From: an uncultured virus (IMG/VR IMGVR_UViG_3300031627_000893)
Lineage: Duplodnaviria; Heunggongvirae; Uroviricota; Caudoviricetes
Length of the DNA stretch: 64,000 nt
Strand: one strand, 5' to 3'
Virus record (IMG/VR): IMGVR_UViG_3300031627_000893
The translations under genes and the position numbers were made by a program. The notes beneath the pieces are model-generated. The model saw only the letters and a program-made list of their open reading frames with translations, was not told the DNA's origin and made no database searches. This document shows, one piece after another, positions 38,675 through 49,148 of this stretch (position 1 is the stretch's first letter; each line of letters starts with the position of its first letter).

Positions 38675-39928
38675 TTATTGCTCGGCACTGGCGTCTTGAG
38701 CTAATCCCAAGTTACCGGGCGCGATACCGCTGATATACAACCCTTGGTTCGCTTGATTCGGTCCTCCAACTTGAGTGGAGAATTCAAAGGTCACAGACTT
38801 GTTAGATCCAATATCGGAGCTAAACGACTGAGAGTTGACCTTCGCGTTCTTCAATCTGTACTGCACGAATATGTCCTTAGTGGACGCACCAGCACAGTTA
38901 GTCGGACGCAACAGATTCACCTGAAGGTCGTAAGACTCATCACAATTTACAAGATCGTTCAGAGAACCCACGGACAAGTCAGCAACTAAAGCGTCGATAG
39001 ACATGGACGCCGTTATTGGGAACGTGATTTCACGACTAAACGCATATCTGCTACCCAGTTTCAAGATGGGTTCACGAGGCATATCCAGAGAGATGTTATA
39101 GCTCTGAATTTTAGCGTGTTCAGTATTCGTGCCGTCACCGAGCTTCGCACCGGGAGCATCGTAGATGCTTACTCCGAGATCTTCTCCAACGTCGATGGAC
39201 TCCGCTTGACGCTTAGTGAATGAGAAGGTGATGTCTCCGGGTCGGAGCACACTCACCATCAAATCACCCGTGTCAACAGAACCAGTAGCAGTCGGAAGCT
39301 GGAAGTCGAAATCATTATCGCTAATTCGCAGTCCGTTTACTGGATCGATAGCTGGGTTGTCTCCAGAAATGTCGTTCTGGAAAGTCATGTTGAGAGCTTC
39401 AACATTAACCGAGCAAGTTGGGAAACCTCCCACAGCAGCTTCGGTAGAGTAGGACGACAAAAACCCGTTTCCGACTCCAATAGTAGATGAAGAGAAAAGG
39501 GCAGAATCGCTATCTGTAGTGTCGCCGATTGCGTCCACGCCTTCCTTGGAAGTGCGAATAAAATAGTTTTTATCGTCTTGGTTTTTGTCGATAATGTTCT
39601 TCACGCAAGTGTTTGAACCATCGATAACAAAGCCGAGAGCTTGTTCATTGGCAAGGTTGCTCAAGAGATAAGAGAAGTCCAAAGACACCGTTGGGGTATC
39701 TAAGTTAACTCTATCAATAGCGGCCAACTCGCCGAATTGGTTGACATCCGTCCGATCAATGTTGAACGAATAGTTCGCGCTTTGAATTCGGTGTAGCTGC
39801 TTGATTGTGTTCCAACCAGCAGTAGCACTTAAAGTAGCCACGCCAGTGTATTGTTGCCCTGTTGCGGGAGTTGGCCCTACAAAAAGGGCTTCGCTTTGAT
39901 AAATGACTCTATTTCTTCCGTAACCCAT
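38675..39928 (-). CDS. Major tail tube protein (putative)
   Basis: Lies between neck genes and chaperones/TMP; GGAGA RBS; own terminator; internal duplication (IQSANYSFNIDR / IQSYNISLDMPR). Confidence 0.7.
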   Translation of the reverse strand: MGYGRNRVIYQSEALFVGPTPATGQQYTGVATLSATAGWNTIKQLHRIQSANYSFNIDRTDVNQFGELAAIDRVNLDTPTVSLDFSYLLSNLANEQALGFVIDGSNTCVKNIIDKNQDDKNYFIRTSKEGVDAIGDTTDSDSALFSSSTIGVGNGFLSSYSTEAAVGGFPTCSVNVEALNMTFQNDISGDNPAIDPVNGLRISDNDFDFQLPTATGSVDTGDLMVSVLRPGDITFSFTKRQAESIDVGEDLGVSIYDAPGAKLGDGTNTEHAKIQSYNISLDMPREPILKLGSRYAFSREITFPITASMSIDALVADLSVGSLNDLVNCDESYDLQVNLLRPTNCAGASTKDIFVQYRLKNAKVNSQSFSSDIGSNKSVTFEFSTQVGGPNQANQGLYISGIAPGNLGLAQDASAEQ

Positions 39929-40027
39929 GATTAATATCTCCAGTTAAAAGTTGTTTTTTTTGTACGCCTTAAACCTTTGTACCTATTACATTTTTTAGAA
40001 CGGAATGAGAACTTTTTTAAAAAAAAA

Positions 40028-40900
40028 CTAGCATTCCTGCCTCGGAAACCTTTCCTTGGTCAACTCAAAGTCAATGACAGATGTGTAAATTTCTGGGTTT
40101 AAGTCTTGAATATCTCCACCGTCTGGTATACCTGCCCCAAAACGAGATACCCTCACATCATTTATATACACAAATTTATCCGTATGTGTCGTACCTGTTG
40201 CGAAATTTCTGTAGTCATAGAGGTTACCGTCCCTAAAATCACCGAAAAAGTTGAAAGGCATATCTGCCTCGGAAAAAAGAGGGATCAATTCGAACTTTTG
40301 ATCTCTAAAAATGCTGCAAACTCCGTCTATGTCGAATTGGGAATCAGAGAAGACTAAGGCTCTGACACTTACCGTAGTTTGGTCATGACCCCCAAAAGCG
40401 AACGCTTGGTTAGAACTCCCATTATTTTTAATAAATACCGCTGGGATAGTGTTATCCTTACTTCTAGTTCCGGTGGTTATGTTCTGGAAGGTTTTAGGTC
40501 TCACTTCGAACTTGGTCTCGTATATGAGCTCTCCTTCATTTTTGTCGGTTAATTGTATCGAAAAATCTTTAATGCAATAGTCTCCACTGATAGTGCCAGT
40601 AGGTTTCTGACTAAAGTAAACCCTGCCTTGTTCGTAGTTTATAGCAGATAAATTGCTTGTCCCTGTAGGGGTAAAAGTCCCGTCTATGTAAACTCCGCTC
40701 ATAACGGTAACGTCCCCTACTGACTTGTCAGACACGAAAGGCTTGTATGGAGCAGAGTAAGCATAATAACCATTGTACAAACTATCTGCCTCGTAGAGAT
40801 CACTCTTATGGTTTTCGAAAGCTTCTCCTCGCCTTGTCAAGGTATGGTCAAACCACAAGAAAAAACTAGACATTACTTGATTGTCAAATTGAGGTTTCAT
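40028..40900 (-). CDS. Putative tail terminator / neck protein
   Basis: Synteny upstream of tail tube; IPAVFIK...IDFEL pattern. Confidence 0.45.
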   Translation of the reverse strand: MKPQFDNQVMSSFFLWFDHTLTRRGEAFENHKSDLYEADSLYNGYYAYSAPYKPFVSDKSVGDVTVMSGVYIDGTFTPTGTSNLSAINYEQGRVYFSQKPTGTISGDYCIKDFSIQLTDKNEGELIYETKFEVRPKTFQNITTGTRSKDNTIPAVFIKNNGSSNQAFAFGGHDQTTVSVRALVFSDSQFDIDGVCSIFRDQKFELIPLFSEADMPFNFFGDFRDGNLYDYRNFATGTTHTDKFVYINDVRVSRFGAGIPDGGDIQDLNPEIYTSVIDFELTKERFPRQEC

Positions 40901-41661
40901 TACTTTCCAAATCCTAAAGACCCTTTTAATCTATCAAAGAACCCTTTAAATGTTTTATCGTAATCGGTATAAGTAAACGAATGCTTCCCTGCTCTGACTC
41001 CTCTAATCACTACCCCCGTTGATCTGTACAGGGCGTTGGCCAGTATTGGAGTCGTGTATGGGGTGGTCTTAAATTTTGCTGATGGACTATGGATTCTCTT
41101 AACTTGTAGGCCCGTGCCACTTAAACTGTTTGCATTCGGGCCGAAGCCCTTCTTCCGGTAGAGATAGTATTTTAAGTTATCAAAGCCCTTCTCAACGCCG
41201 TGTATCCAGCTTCTCCCTCCCATCCAGTCAGGGGATGAGTTTACTGCTATTTCTTCTATCTCGTCAGATGACGGAAGATAGGCTGGAAAATGAAAAGTAA
41301 CAGTGCCAGTTTTTTTATTTACATCTTTCTTTCCTTTAAACATCCCCGCTACAGAATATCTCTCAAGAGCGGCTCTTACTTCTCTTGTCGGATCAGATCC
41401 TTCAGTAAATCCAATAAATGAGAATAGATTTCCGCTTTGTCCGCCTTTACCTTTTATTCCCTTTAAAATACCTGAGAGAGATTGCGATTTGGGCCCAGCC
41501 TTAATTTCTTGTGTCACTGGGTGATCGTCGAACTCTTTAAGCATTATCTCTTTAGTCTCATGGTTTATCATCGCCGCCGTAGCTTTTGCTGCTGACCAAG
41601 CCACGTTCCCCATGCCTTTGGTGACTATAGATACGAGAGCATTTCTGTTTACCTTAGCCAT
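40900..41661 (-). CDS. Putative tail completion / neck protein (basic)
   Basis: Synteny; Lys-rich. Confidence 0.4.
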   Translation of the reverse strand: MAKVNRNALVSIVTKGMGNVAWSAAKATAAMINHETKEIMLKEFDDHPVTQEIKAGPKSQSLSGILKGIKGKGGQSGNLFSFIGFTEGSDPTREVRAALERYSVAGMFKGKKDVNKKTGTVTFHFPAYLPSSDEIEEIAVNSSPDWMGGRSWIHGVEKGFDNLKYYLYRKKGFGPNANSLSGTGLQVKRIHSPSAKFKTTPYTTPILANALYRSTGVVIRGVRAGKHSFTYTDYDKTFKGFFDRLKGSLGFGK

Positions 41662-42098
41662 TATCTGGTCTCCTCCAAATGATAAACGTAAAGCCTAAAT
41701 CCGAAAAAGTATTTAATCGCAGGGCCCGATTTCACCCTAAAAGTATTCTCGTCAACGGTTACTCTTTCCACCTTAGCTTGTTTCAAGTAGAGGTGCGCCG
41801 GTTCTTCAACTTTTATCCTAACGTTACCATCATAATAGTTAGATTTCGTTTGCTCTAAGTTGTTCCCTTCCATTTCGTCATCGTAACGAATCATTCCGTC
41901 GAAAACCCCGCTTATAGGAATAAAAGATGTGGTTATTTGGTTTTGCGGTTTGTAACCTGCATACAAAGTAGTATTGACTTGGGAAACTATCTTCTTCGGC
42001 TCTCTGTGAACAGTAAACGGCCTTTTAAAGGTATCAAAAAGATTTTTGAAATCACCTGTAAAAGAATCTACATCCGTTTGTGTCAACAGAGAGGCCAT
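41661..42098 (-). CDS. Putative head closure protein
   Basis: 145 aa, beta-rich, located after a putative adaptor. Confidence 0.45.
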   Translation of the reverse strand: MASLLTQTDVDSFTGDFKNLFDTFKRPFTVHREPKKIVSQVNTTLYAGYKPQNQITTSFIPISGVFDGMIRYDDEMEGNNLEQTKSNYYDGNVRIKVEEPAHLYLKQAKVERVTVDENTFRVKSGPAIKYFFGFRLYVYHLEETR

Positions 42099-42100
42099 TT

Positions 42101-42595
42101 TTATTTATTGCTGTTCGTTCTGTTCATGTGTCCGTAACCAGCGTTGTATTGCCCCTCGATAGTATCGTCTCCAGCGACTTGCACAGGATGCGCTTGTCCT
42201 AGTTTATATCTGTTTACCATATCGATTAGCTGATCGTAAGCCGATTTCCTATAGGATAGCCAAGTCTTTCCAAGTTCGGATTTGTTAACTTTTTTAATCC
42301 TAGACCCGTCAGATTCCAACTCTACTACAGCGTCTGTAGATGCGTTAATTAAAGTAGCCCTTAACTGAACATCGTAATAGTGGACACTGTACATTTGTTT
42401 TAGAATCGCGGCTTCATCGATCCCTATCTGAGGGGTCACCTCGTAGTCGCTGATACTGATCTCATACGAAGTATAAATCATCGTATTCAATTCCCCTATA
42501 TTGGTTCTAAGCCAAAAAGTAATTGGGGAAATAGACAGAGAAGAGGGCTCCCCCAATTCTCGATAAATTTCATCTGCTATACTGGCTACGTTCAT
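42101..42595 (-). CDS. Putative head-tail adaptor
   Basis: 164 aa, helical N-terminus (IADEIYRELG), synteny. Confidence 0.45.
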   Translation of the reverse strand: MNVASIADEIYRELGEPSSLSISPITFWLRTNIGELNTMIYTSYEISISDYEVTPQIGIDEAAILKQMYSVHYYDVQLRATLINASTDAVVELESDGSRIKKVNKSELGKTWLSYRKSAYDQLIDMVNRYKLGQAHPVQVAGDDTIEGQYNAGYGHMNRTNSNK

Positions 42596-42624
42596 GTTTT
42601 TATTTACACTCTTATTTGAGTTTT

Positions 42625-43458
42625 TTATTTTGATTTATTCTTACCGTAGTCTCCGTTCACAGAATATACGTTATTTCCGCAAAATACACTGAAAAATGAG
42701 CCCACAGTACCAACATATATGGTGTTTACTTTTCCTTCTACGTATTCTTTCTTACCTTTGTAATGCTCCGCTCGGAATACTTGTCCGTCCACTAATACCG
42801 GATGGTCATTAGTTATGTGCAGTTCGTCTTCTATTATGTAGTACCCTTCTCTTGGGTGATCTTTTATTAAAGACTCTACTTGAGTCAGCCCATCCTCGGT
42901 ATGAATGAAATCCCCGATTTTCAAATCCTCCACTCTCACCAAAGAGCCAGAAGCGTGTTTAACCAACATGTCAGGTAACAGACAGAATTTACCCGGACCA
43001 CCGGGACCACCACCGCCACCGTAATCATCCAAAACCACACAAATGTCATTATCGGAAGCGCATACGACACAGCCAGTATATGGTCCACCATAAGCGTAAC
43101 TGTCTGGATTACCTGTGGCATTGAGGCTAAGAACCTTAGCGCAATACGCGCTGTCACTAACGTATTGGTTTACTGCAACTGTCATACCTTGTCCATCCCA
43201 GACCTGATACGCTCCGCTTGTTTCGCCATCTAAATCAGTCAGTAATGTACACGCGCAATCACTTTCTTCGTCAAACTCGAGGATTCTAACATTAAATTTT
43301 GTCGTGGTTGCTGCGTATTTGTCGTAAAACTTGACCCAGCTTCCTCCCTGTCTTTTATAGGCTTCTTCAGCCTCTGTCCAACTTCCTCCGCTCTTGGAAT
43401 AAAGGTTAGTAACATTCGTCCAAGAACCTCCGTTTTTTATATAATTCGGATTAGACAT
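42625..43458 (-). CDS. Virion protein with C-terminal Hint (intein-like) domain
   Basis: N-terminal Y.K.GGSW repeats and a Cys-rich region, a Gly linker, then CLLPDMLV...VEDLKIGD...ITNDHPVLV...VYSVN. Confidence 0.75.
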   Translation of the reverse strand: MSNPNYIKNGGSWTNVTNLYSKSGGSWTEAEEAYKRQGGSWVKFYDKYAATTTKFNVRILEFDEESDCACTLLTDLDGETSGAYQVWDGQGMTVAVNQYVSDSAYCAKVLSLNATGNPDSYAYGGPYTGCVVCASDNDICVVLDDYGGGGGPGGPGKFCLLPDMLVKHASGSLVRVEDLKIGDFIHTEDGLTQVESLIKDHPREGYYIIEDELHITNDHPVLVDGQVFRAEHYKGKKEYVEGKVNTIYVGTVGSFFSVFCGNNVYSVNGDYGKNKSK

Positions 43459-43464
43459 TAGGCT

Positions 43465-45507
43465 TTAGGTTTTAAACCAAACATCTCCGTTATCACCTCC
43501 ACTAGGACTGCTAGAAGATACTGTTATATTAATACTTGGCCCAGTTGCGCCAGTAGGACCTGTTCCCCCAGCGGGTCCAGCGGGACCAGTAGATCCGCCA
43601 CCACCAGCAGGGCCAGTAGCCCCTGTCGCCCCGCTAGGACCTGCGGGACCTGTGGGTCCTGTGGGCCCATTTAAGTCGTCTACTGTTCTCCATCCTACCC
43701 GCCCTTTGTCCGCAGCAGATAAAGTCAATATTTGTGCATTGCTGCCAGAGGCTGCATGTAAATAAACGTTTCCGCTTACCGCTAATCTTTCTGATTTTGC
43801 GGCGTTTGTGAACCCGACCATCAAGCTAGAGGTGCTCTCCGCGCCTATTGAAACATCACCGTCTCGGTCTAACTGAAGCCACAATGCATCGTCATCGAAA
43901 GACTGAATAGTGTTCGGTCTTTGTGATCCCGTTCCTATAGCGAGTTGCCCAGCCAATATGCCTCCAGAAGCATAAGGTATGTTAGGCACTTTTATAAGAG
44001 AGCTACTAGGATTGCTTGTGGTACTATAAACGAGACTAGTCGCTCCTGCGAAAGCACCATTATTATTATATTGAAATTCTCTATTGGAGCCCGAAGGAGT
44101 TCCTCCGCCTCCTGCTCCAGCAGGACCAGCGGGTCCAGTTGAACCAGCGGGACCAGCGGGACCAGCGGAGCCTGTAGCTCCAGTAGGACCAGCCGAACCG
44201 GCGGAACCAGCGGGTCCAGCGGGGCCTGAAGAACCTGTAGCACCAGTAGGACCACTTGAACCGGGTACACCCGCAGGACCAGCGGGACCAGCAGGGCCAG
44301 AAGATCCAACAATAGAAATTCCAGAAGCACCTGAGGGTCCAGTAGGTCCAGCGGAACCAGCGGGACCTGTGGGACCACTGGCTCCACCGGGACCAGCGGG
44401 ACCAAGGCCACCAGCGGGACCAGCGGGACCAGCGGAACCCGTAGCTCCAGAAGGACCAGTCGAACCAGCCGAACCAGCGGGTCCAGTCGAACCAGCGGGA
44501 CCAGTCGAACCAGCGGGACCAGCGGAGCCTGTAGCTCCAGTAGGACCAGCCGAACCAGCCGAACCAGCGGGTCCAGTCGAACCAGCGGGTCCAGTAGGTC
44601 CAGCGGAACCAGCGGGACCACTTGAACCGGGTGCACCCGCAGGACCAGCGGGACCAAGGCCACCAGCGGGACCAGAAGGACCAGCCGCCCCAGAAGGACC
44701 AGTCGAACCAGCCGAACCAGCGGGTCCAGTCGAACCAGCGGGACCAGTCGAACCAGCGGGACCAGCGGAACCCGTAGCTCCAGAAGGACCAGTCGAACCA
44801 GCCGAACCAGCGGGACCAGTCGAACCAGCGGGTCCAGTCGAACCAGCGGGACCAGTCGAACCAGCGGGACCAGCGGAGCCTGTAGCTCCAGTAGGACCAG
44901 CCGAACCAGCGGGACCAGCCGAACCAGCGGGACCAGCGGGTCCAGTCGAACCTCCAGCTCCCGGAATTCCTGAAGGTCCAGTAGGACCAGCCGAGCCATC
45001 CGAGCCATCGTTACCGGGGTTACCTTGGGGTCCTTGCGGACCAGCGGGACCAGCAGGTCCTCCATCTGGCCCAATAGCTCCTGAAGGGCCAACTGAACCA
45101 GAAGGACCAGTAGGTCCAGCAGGGCCAAGATTTCCTTGAGATCCTGTTGACCCTGATGGTCCAATAGGGCCCACAGGACCAGTAGAACCCACAGGACCAG
45201 TAGAACCCACAGGACCAGCAGAGCCTATAGATCCAGTCGCCCCAGAAGGACCAGTGGAACCTACTGATCCTTGAGGTCCCTGAATGCCTTGAACTCCTTG
45301 AGGCCCTTGAGACCCGGTAGGCCCAGTAGGACCAACAGGTCCTCCAGCGGGTCCTTGGGGTCCTTGGGGCCCTTGCGGACCAGCAGGACCAGAAGAACCA
45401 GCGGGACCCGAACTACCTGCGGGACCAGTAGACCCAGCAGGGCCGCTAGTCCCAGAGGGACCTGAAGGTCCGACTTCCCCTACTTGTCTGTTAATCCAAT
45501 TAGCCAT
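43465..45507 (-). CDS. Collagen-like (Gly-X-Y) fibre protein
   Basis: Long GPAGST triplet runs; [10 protein letters not shown] motif; C-terminal [12 protein letters not shown]. Confidence 0.9.
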   Translation of the reverse strand: MANWINRQVGEVGPSGPSGTSGPAGSTGPAGSSGPAGSSGPAGPQGPQGPQGPAGGPVGPTGPTGSQGPQGVQGIQGPQGSVGSTGPSGATGSIGSAGPVGSTGPVGSTGPVGPIGPSGSTGSQGNLGPAGPTGPSGSVGPSGAIGPDGGPAGPAGPQGPQGNPGNDGSDGSAGPTGPSGIPGAGGSTGPAGPAGSAGPAGSAGPTGATGSAGPAGSTGPAGSTGPAGSTGPAGSAGSTGPSGATGSAGPAGSTGPAGSTGPAGSAGSTGPSGAAGPSGPAGGLGPAGPAGAPGSSGPAGSAGPTGPAGSTGPAGSAGSAGPTGATGSAGPAGSTGPAGSTGPAGSAGSTGPSGATGSAGPAGPAGGLGPAGPGGASGPTGPAGSAGPTGPSGASGISIVGSSGPAGPAGPAGVPGSSGPTGATGSSGPAGPAGSAGSAGPTGATGSAGPAGPAGSTGPAGPAGAGGGGTPSGSNREFQYNNNGAFAGATSLVYSTTSNPSSSLIKVPNIPYASGGILAGQLAIGTGSQRPNTIQSFDDDALWLQLDRDGDVSIGAESTSSLMVGFTNAAKSERLAVSGNVYLHAASGSNAQILTLSAADKGRVGWRTVDDLNGPTGPTGPAGPSGATGATGPAGGGGSTGPAGPAGGTGPTGATGPSINITVSSSSPSGGDNGDVWFKT

Positions 45508-45508
45508 T

Positions 45509-45904
45509 TTAAATATCTATATAAGTTGCAGTAGCTGTGACACGATTGCCGTGCCTTCCACTGGCGGCAAGTTTGTCCCCGTAACCCAATATGAATTTTT
45601 CACTCTGAAATTGAAAAGTTTCATAACCAGTGATATCCAAATTTTTAACGATAGTATTCCTATCAGACGCAAACTCGCCGCTGCCTAAAGCGTAAATAGA
45701 AATGTGCTCAGTACCCGCAGTATAATTGCAAAAATATAAACCTACAGAGGCTTGTTTCGTAGAGTCAGTACCGGAAACTATATCGGTTACTATAGCCCCC
45801 GTAAAACCTTGACCTGTCGGGTTTGCTGGGAACCTATGGTCTGTCTCTCCCAAATCGGGAGCGATACCGCTTCCTGTTCCTAAAATGACGCTTCTGAAAC
45901 TCAT
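45509..45904 (-). CDS. Small virion-associated protein
   Basis: 131-aa ORF between the fibre genes; AAGGA RBS. Confidence 0.55.
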   Translation of the reverse strand: MSFRSVILGTGSGIAPDLGETDHRFPANPTGQGFTGAIVTDIVSGTDSTKQASVGLYFCNYTAGTEHISIYALGSGEFASDRNTIVKNLDITGYETFQFQSEKFILGYGDKLAASGRHGNRVTATATYIDI

Positions 45905-45939
45905 TTTTCCTTATACCTTTTTAACAATTACACCCAATT

Positions 45940-48174
45940 TTAACCAAGAATTATACTATATTTTATAATTTGTCTGGTCAGATCTGCACTATCTAAAGCT
46001 CCAGACACAGTCAAGGTCCCTCCAACTATAGCAGTAGTAGTGGTCACTGTGCCTCCCGATACCGTTAAAGAGCCCCCTACTGAAGTATTGCCAAAAACTA
46101 CAGAATTACCACTATTAACTATTCCGCCTGAACCGAAATTAGTTGTTGTATTTATACTCGCTGGAAACTGTATGCCCCCAGTGCCCAGAACAAGTAAAGT
46201 CGTTGAATCACCAGATTGGATTACTTCATTTATAAGAGGCGTTCTTCTTACTATGAAATTATTATCAACATTCCTTAATTCGACTACGTCTTCACCTACC
46301 ATATAAATGCTATCGCCTTTAACAAATAAATCCTTCCAAGGTTTAACCACAGAGCCTATGTCGAAAATTCCGCTCTCCTTAGGCATAAGATCTCCACTAA
46401 TATGTACTCCGCTATAAAGAGATATTGTGTTCCCGCTCTCGATGACTAACCCGCCAGAACTAATTACTATTCCGCTAGTTATCCCTGATGTTAGGGTTAC
46501 TGATGGCCCAGAAGGACCGACGTTCCCCTGCTCTCCTTTATCTCCAGTTCTAGCAAAAGTTATTACTATATTCTCATCGTTATCAAGCGAACTAACACTT
46601 CCGTCTATATACGTACAGTTAACTTCAAAGTAGCCAACGTTCTCTGTTATCGAATTTACGACATAAATAACAAACTTATCGCTATCGTCTTCGTGAGATA
46701 CTTTAAAGTGACCTTTTACCGTGCTGGTGGAATCGTCTATCGTTCTCAAAAAAGATTGTATATCGTTTGAGTATATATCTTTATCGTCTATATAGAGAGT
46801 AGTCGCTAATGCTAAATTAGAGTTATTAAATCTTAGATCCCCTGCTGCTCCACCGGGAGACGGATCAGCATTCGTCGTGCTGGTATCGAACGTATACCGG
46901 AAAGAAGCTCCGCCAAAACTGCCCTGTGGGCCAGTCGGCCCAATAGATCCTGTGCTTCCTGTAGGACCGATGCTTCCTCCCGCGCCAACGGAACCTGCGG
47001 GACCCGTAATCCCAGTCGCTCCAGAAGGACCAGTCGGGCCAATCGGACCAATAACACCGGAATGACCAGACGGCCCAATAGGACCCGTGACAGTAGAAGA
47101 TGCTCCCACAAGTCCACTAGCACCAGAGGGTCCGGTTGAGCCAATAGACCCAGCGGGACCAGTAGGCCCAGCGGGACCAGCAGCCCCAACAGGGCCAACG
47201 GAACCTGTAACACCAGAAGGCCCAACGGGACCAGCAGGTCCGATAGGTCCAGCCACAGTTGAAGGCGAACCCGTAGCACCGGATGGGCCAGTTAACCCTC
47301 TCGGGCCAGTAGGCCCAATAACGCCAGTCGCACCGGAAGGTCCAGTAGATCCTAATGGCCCTATAGGACCTATAGGACCTGTAACACCTAATGGCCCCTG
47401 AATTCCTTGAGCTCCTTGAGGTCCTTGAGCTCCTACTCCACCAGCAAGACCGACAGGGCCTTGTACTCCACTAGGGCCAGTAGAACCTACGGGGCCAGTA
47501 GGCCCAATATCCCCATCGTCTCCTTTATCTCCTTCGGGACCAGCAGGGCCGAGAGGACCGATAGGACCGACAGTGCCTTGCGATCCTTGAGGACCTCTCG
47601 ATCCAGCAGGGCCAGTGACACCAACGGAACCAGTGGGGCCAACGGACCCGACATTTCCTTGAGATCCTTGAGGCCCAGTTGATCCGCTCGGACCGCTAGA
47701 ACCAGCGGGTCCAGTGGGTCCAGTTACTCCTATAGCCCCAGATGGTCCAGCGGGACCAGCGACAGTAGACGCCGTACCTGTTGGGCCTACAGGGCCCGTT
47801 AAACCAGTGGCTCCAGATGGGCCAATAGAACCAGCGGGACCTACAGGACCCGTAGGCCCTATAGAGCCAATCCCCCCGCTAGGTCCAGTTGGTCCGGTGG
47901 GACCTAGACCCGTACCGCGAGGACCCGCAACTCCTGACGGCCCAGTAAGACCGATGCCGCCTGAAGGTCCGATAGGACCAGTCGGGCCAAGCGGACCTTG
48001 AGGACCCTGCACGGGAATAGAAACAGTTGCTGTTTGAGAATCAGAAGGACCGATAACGGAAGAGGACGTAGTGGCGACTTGGGTAGTTATAGTCGCCGAA
48101 TTAGAAGAGCTCGTACTGGTTACGCTCGATAACGCGCCAGTAGAGATCGTTGCGGTTATAACTTGGTCAGGCAT
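45940..48174 (-). CDS. Collagen-like (Gly-X-Y) fibre protein
   Basis: Long G-X-Y run, then a globular domain ([17 protein letters not shown]...FARTGDKG) and GDLMP...FDIGS...WKDL motif. Confidence 0.9.
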   Translation of the reverse strand: MPDQVITATISTGALSSVTSTSSSNSATITTQVATTSSSVIGPSDSQTATVSIPVQGPQGPLGPTGPIGPSGGIGLTGPSGVAGPRGTGLGPTGPTGPSGGIGSIGPTGPVGPAGSIGPSGATGLTGPVGPTGTASTVAGPAGPSGAIGVTGPTGPAGSSGPSGSTGPQGSQGNVGSVGPTGSVGVTGPAGSRGPQGSQGTVGPIGPLGPAGPEGDKGDDGDIGPTGPVGSTGPSGVQGPVGLAGGVGAQGPQGAQGIQGPLGVTGPIGPIGPLGSTGPSGATGVIGPTGPRGLTGPSGATGSPSTVAGPIGPAGPVGPSGVTGSVGPVGAAGPAGPTGPAGSIGSTGPSGASGLVGASSTVTGPIGPSGHSGVIGPIGPTGPSGATGITGPAGSVGAGGSIGPTGSTGSIGPTGPQGSFGGASFRYTFDTSTTNADPSPGGAAGDLRFNNSNLALATTLYIDDKDIYSNDIQSFLRTIDDSTSTVKGHFKVSHEDDSDKFVIYVVNSITENVGYFEVNCTYIDGSVSSLDNDENIVITFARTGDKGEQGNVGPSGPSVTLTSGITSGIVISSGGLVIESGNTISLYSGVHISGDLMPKESGIFDIGSVVKPWKDLFVKGDSIYMVGEDVVELRNVDNNFIVRRTPLINEVIQSGDSTTLLVLGTGGIQFPASINTTTNFGSGGIVNSGNSVVFGNTSVGGSLTVSGGTVTTTTAIVGGTLTVSGALDSADLTRQIIKYSIILG

Positions 48175-48533
48175 CAGGTGGTTACTTCAGGAGAAACGTT
48201 AACTTTGCCTTGCAGGATTCTAGTCACTGTCCCAGCAGCATTGTACATTTCCACATCGTAAACACCTTGAATTACTGGTAATGACGCGGTTTGGATTGCG
48301 GTCAGATTTATATCAACTAAACCACTAGGAAGAGCAGCATAGCTTGGGGCAACTCCACTCACAACATCTGGATCTAAGTCTATTAGAGACCCAGAGTGTC
48401 CATATGACATCCTAGCTGTTCCTCTAGTGGTGTAGCCGCTCAGGTTAATAGCGTTGGAATCAGAATCCTTGACTGCGACTCTTGCTGAATAAGTAGCTCC
48501 TTGTACAATATCGAGATTAGCGGACGTAGCCAT
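48174..48533 (-). CDS. Small virion structural protein (fibre attachment type)
   Basis: NLDIVQGAT...INLSGY...GVYDVE...[14 protein letters not shown] pattern typical of small proteins preceding fibres. Confidence 0.65.
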   Translation of the reverse strand: MATSANLDIVQGATYSARVAVKDSDSNAINLSGYTTRGTARMSYGHSGSLIDLDPDVVSGVAPSYAALPSGLVDINLTAIQTASLPVIQGVYDVEMYNAAGTVTRILQGKVNVSPEVTT

Positions 48534-48576
48534 GTCATTTTTAAATTACACTTTTTCCCCTTGAAAATCTTCCAAT

Positions 48577-48614
48577 AAAAACAAAACCGCCAAGAACTTT
48601 ACTCCTCGACGGTT
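48577..48614 (-). terminator. Possible intrinsic terminator
   Basis: Minus strand CCGTCGAGGA-GTAAAG-TTCTTGGCGG-TTTTGTTTT; the stem needs several G-U pairs. Confidence 0.45.
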
Positions 48615-48648
48615 CGTGTTGTGAAATGTTTATTAGAGTTTTATCAAA

Positions 48649-49041
48649 CTAACTGCCTTCCCGAAGGATTCTTTTCACTGTATCGCTTGGCTCTATATCG
48701 TCTTTATTCTCAATAGGAGTAGAAAATTGGCCAACATGCCGCGCAAATTCCCTAATGCACCTTTTTGTCAAGATGCCCCTGTCATCGACAGGAATGAGCC
48801 CTACTTTAGTAGCGTGAACATGCAACTCGCTTTTGGCCATTCCTCCCAAAGTTTTTTCATATTCACTCTGATCTAGAGTGCCGTATTTCGACGACCCATC
48901 AGATCCCCAGATTTGCTCTAGGGAAGTAGGCTGAAATTCCTCTGGCTTATCAACCTTTCCGTGAGTTTGATTCAATTCGTCTATTTTTGTTGGTTTAGAA
49001 GCTTTAGCCGTGCTTTTTTTAGGTTTTTTTCTAGAAGTCAT
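48649..49041 (-). CDS. Hypothetical protein (probable start ATG 49041)
   Basis: AAGG RBS before MTSRKK; the upstream extension in the ORF track begins immediately after a terminator T-run. Confidence 0.65.
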   Translation of the reverse strand: MTSRKKPKKSTAKASKPTKIDELNQTHGKVDKPEEFQPTSLEQIWGSDGSSKYGTLDQSEYEKTLGGMAKSELHVHATKVGLIPVDDRGILTKRCIREFARHVGQFSTPIENKDDIEPSDTVKRILREGS

Positions 49042-49101
49042 AATCTTGCCTTTTCCCTGTACTCTCTCTTTATAGTACCCTGAAAGAATAAAAAAAAACA
49101 T

Positions 49102-49129
49102 AAAAAAAAGCCTCCCCGAAGGGAGGCTT
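49102..49129 (-). terminator. Intrinsic terminator after major capsid gene
   Basis: Minus strand GCCTCCC-TTCG-GGGAGGC-TTTTTTTT. Confidence 0.9.
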
Positions 49130-49148
49130 GTGATTTTTTTCGTTATGA

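Noticed and set aside
43456..43467. Collagen gene and Hint gene in frame across TAA AGC CTA ATG
   Set aside because: A GDVW-type C-terminus followed by a separate small gene is a plausible ordinary arrangement; no evidence of read-through.
43945..48001. Long alternative-frame and antisense ORFs (e.g. 43992..45164, 44084..45139)
   Set aside because: By-products of GC-rich collagen codon repeats that lack stops.
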